DNA from: Propionibacteriales bacterium
Lineage (GTDB): Bacteria; Actinomycetota; Actinomycetes; Propionibacteriales; Propionibacteriaceae
Direction of reading: 5' to 3'
Assembly: GCA_038238065.1 (NCBI GenBank)
Contig: JBBRYD010000001.1
Location: 17,396 to 81,395, forward strand
DNA length: 64,000 nucleotides
The stretch's first letter is position 1. Every line of letters begins with the position of its first letter. The notes under the pieces were generated by a model. That model ran no database searches, was not told the DNA's origin, and saw only the letters and a list, made by a program, of their open reading frames with translations. Below, one piece after another: positions 62,198-64,000 of this stretch. Position numbers and translations under genes: made by a program.

Positions 62198-64000
62198 TCA
62201 GACCTGCTGCACGAACCAGCGTGCCTGATACGGCTCCACCGCCAGTTCACCGTCGGTCAGCGGGGTGTCCTCGGTCAGGGCATCCCAGGCGGAGTTGGCG
62301 ACCGGGACGACCCAGCGCGGCAGCCGCTGCTGGTCCGGCGTCACGTTGTAGACGCCGATCAGGGTCTGGGTCGGCGCCCGCCGGACGAGGACGAGTACCG
62401 CCGGGTTCACCGGGTCCATGATCTCGGACTCGACCGAGGCGTGCAGGCTGGGCAGGGCCGAACGGACGGCCACGGCGTGCCGCAGCGCGTGCCAGACCCG
62501 GTGCTCCACCGTGCCCGGCCGGTGCCGCCGCTCGGCCACCTCCCAGGGCATCTGTGGCCGGTGGACCCAGCGGTTGTCGTCTCGGTGGTCAGGGTTGTCG
62601 GCGTACCCGTAGTCGTTGGTCAGGGCCAGCTCGTCGCCCATGTAGAGCAACGGCAGGCCGCCGAAACCGAGCACGATCAGGTGCGCGAGGATGAGCCGGC
62701 GCACCGCGAGGTCCAGGTGTGCCTCGTCGCCGCTGACCAGCGCGGCCTCGACCCCGGCCAGCGAAGCCGCCGTCCCGCTGATCCGCCGGTCGCCGGTGGC
62801 CAGGTTTTCCTGGAAGACCAAACCGCGCGCGTCGCTCATCGGGTACGAGCCCGCATAGAAGTCGGCCAGGAAGCGCCGGTGGGTCCAGCCCTGCAGTCCG
62901 ACGGAGGCGGCGTCCCCGTCGTCGATCGCCCAGCCGATGTCGTCGTGGCAGCGCAGATAGGTGCCCCAGGTGGTCGTGGTCGGCTTGGCCGGGAACCGGT
63001 TCTGGGCGGCGCAGAAGAGGCGGGTGTCCTTGGCCGCCAGAGCCGACCAGATCTCCACCATCAGGGAGTTCTGGTACGCCAGGTCGCTGACCTTTCCGGC
63101 GTGCTTGCCCACCCCCAGGTAGGGCAGCAGGTCGGACGGGCCCACGATGGCCTCGGCCTTGAAGATCAGGGCCGGAGCAGCGATCCGGGCCACCGCGCGG
63201 AGCGCCTGGGTGATGGAGTGCACCTCGGGCTGGTTCTGGCAGGCGGTGCCCATCCGCTTGACGATGAACGCGATCGCATCGAGCCGGATGCACTCGACGC
63301 CGAGGTTGGCCAGCCAGCAGATCAGGTCCGCGAACGCGTAGAACACCTCGGGGTTGTGCCAGTTCAGGTCCCACTGCCAGGTGTTGAACGTGGTCCAGAC
63401 CCAGGCACCCGCCTCTGTGTCGAAGGTGAAGTTGCCGGGCGCGAAGTCGGGGAACACCTCGGGCAGCGACTTCTCGTACGCCTCCGGCAGGGTCCGGTCC
63501 GGGAACAGGTGGAAGAAGCCGCGGTAGAAGTCGTCGCCGGCGCGGGCGCGCTCGGCCCACTCGTGTTCGGCGGCCACATGGTTGAGCACCAGGTCCAGGG
63601 TCAGCGAGATGCCCCGGCCGCGCAGGGTGGTGGCCAGGTCGCGCAGGTCCTCGATGGTGCCCAGGTCCTCCCGGACGGCTCGATAGTCCATCACGGCGTA
63701 GCCGCCGTCGCTCTGGCCGGGGCGCGGCTTCAGCAGCGGCATCAGGTGCAGGTAGGTGACACCGAGCTCGGTCAGGTAGTCCACCCGTGACCCCACGCCG
63801 GCCAGGTCGTCGGCGAACAGGTCGGCGTAGGTAGCGTAGCCGAGCATCCGCTGGTGCTGGAACCACTGCGGGTCGGCGTGCCGGCGCAGATCGAGGAGCC
63901 GGAGATCGGCGGAGCGTTCCCGGAAGTTCCGTGCGGCGATGGAGACCAGCCGTTCGGCCATCTCCGGCGCCTGGTCCGGATAGGCGCCACTGAGGCCCGT
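62198..64000 (-). CDS. Amylosucrase-like GH13 enzyme (5' end outside window)
   Basis: YLHLMP, DGGYAV, DLVLNH, QWDLN, IRLDA, KAEA, RCHDDIGW; frame open to the window edge. Confidence 0.92.
   Translation of the reverse strand, partial: TGLSGAYPDQAPEMAERLVSIAARNFRERSADLRLLDLRRHADPQWFQHQRMLGYATYADLFADDLAGVGSRVDYLTELGVTYLHLMPLLKPRPGQSDGGYAVMDYRAVREDLGTIEDLRDLATTLRGRGISLTLDLVLNHVAAEHEWAERARAGDDFYRGFFHLFPDRTLPEAYEKSLPEVFPDFAPGNFTFDTEAGAWVWTTFNTWQWDLNWHNPEVFYAFADLICWLANLGVECIRLDAIAFIVKRMGTACQNQPEVHSITQALRAVARIAAPALIFKAEAIVGPSDLLPYLGVGKHAGKVSDLAYQNSLMVEIWSALAAKDTRLFCAAQNRFPAKPTTTTWGTYLRCHDDIGWAIDDGDAASVGLQGWTHRRFLADFYAGSYPMSDARGLVFQENLATGDRRISGTAASLAGVEAALVSGDEAHLDLAVRRLILAHLIVLGFGGLPLLYMGDELALTNDYGYADNPDHRDDNRWVHRPQMPWEVAERRHRPGTVEHRVWHALRHAVAVRSALPSLHASVESEIMDPVNPAVLVLVRRAPTQTLIGVYNVTPDQQRLPRWVVPVANSAWDALTEDTPLTDGELAVEPYQARWFVQQV

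Overview
High-GC actinobacterial chromosome segment. Gene content (Propionibacterium-type glyA, msiK-DUF4032, carD-ispF, senX3-regX3/phoU) suggests Propionibacteriales, Microlunatus/Friedmanniella-like; this is an inference. The left end is core: lsr2 5' end, a SAM-I riboswitch-controlled thrC-like gene plus sulfur carrier, manA and tRNA-Thr(UGU). About 28 kb of accessory-looking genes follow the tRNA, with no visible integrase: a ~1 kb gene-free hairpin-rich tract, an orphan Ala-rich repeat protein, three APH-like kinases, a Tat-peptide/DUF4331/His-rich operon, a frameshifted FG-GAP gene, licD/GDPD, an S53 protease, a CarH-like B12 regulator divergent from a GAF-ANTAR gene and a sigma-region-2-only gene, and a phoA remnant. 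The right half is mostly housekeeping: sdaA, msiK with its RNA motif, cysS-rlmB, glyA, FeS photolyase, ispF-carD, prs, regX3-senX3, phoU with a PHO box, gpmA and a partial amylosucrase. Many genes appear leaderless. The best candidates for new biology are the CarH/ANTAR/half-sigma module, the Tat-DUF4331 operon, the structured non-coding tract at 6.0-7.06 kb and a small promoter/terminator-bounded RNA upstream of sdaA. All calls come from reading the sequence; no searches or folding were run.
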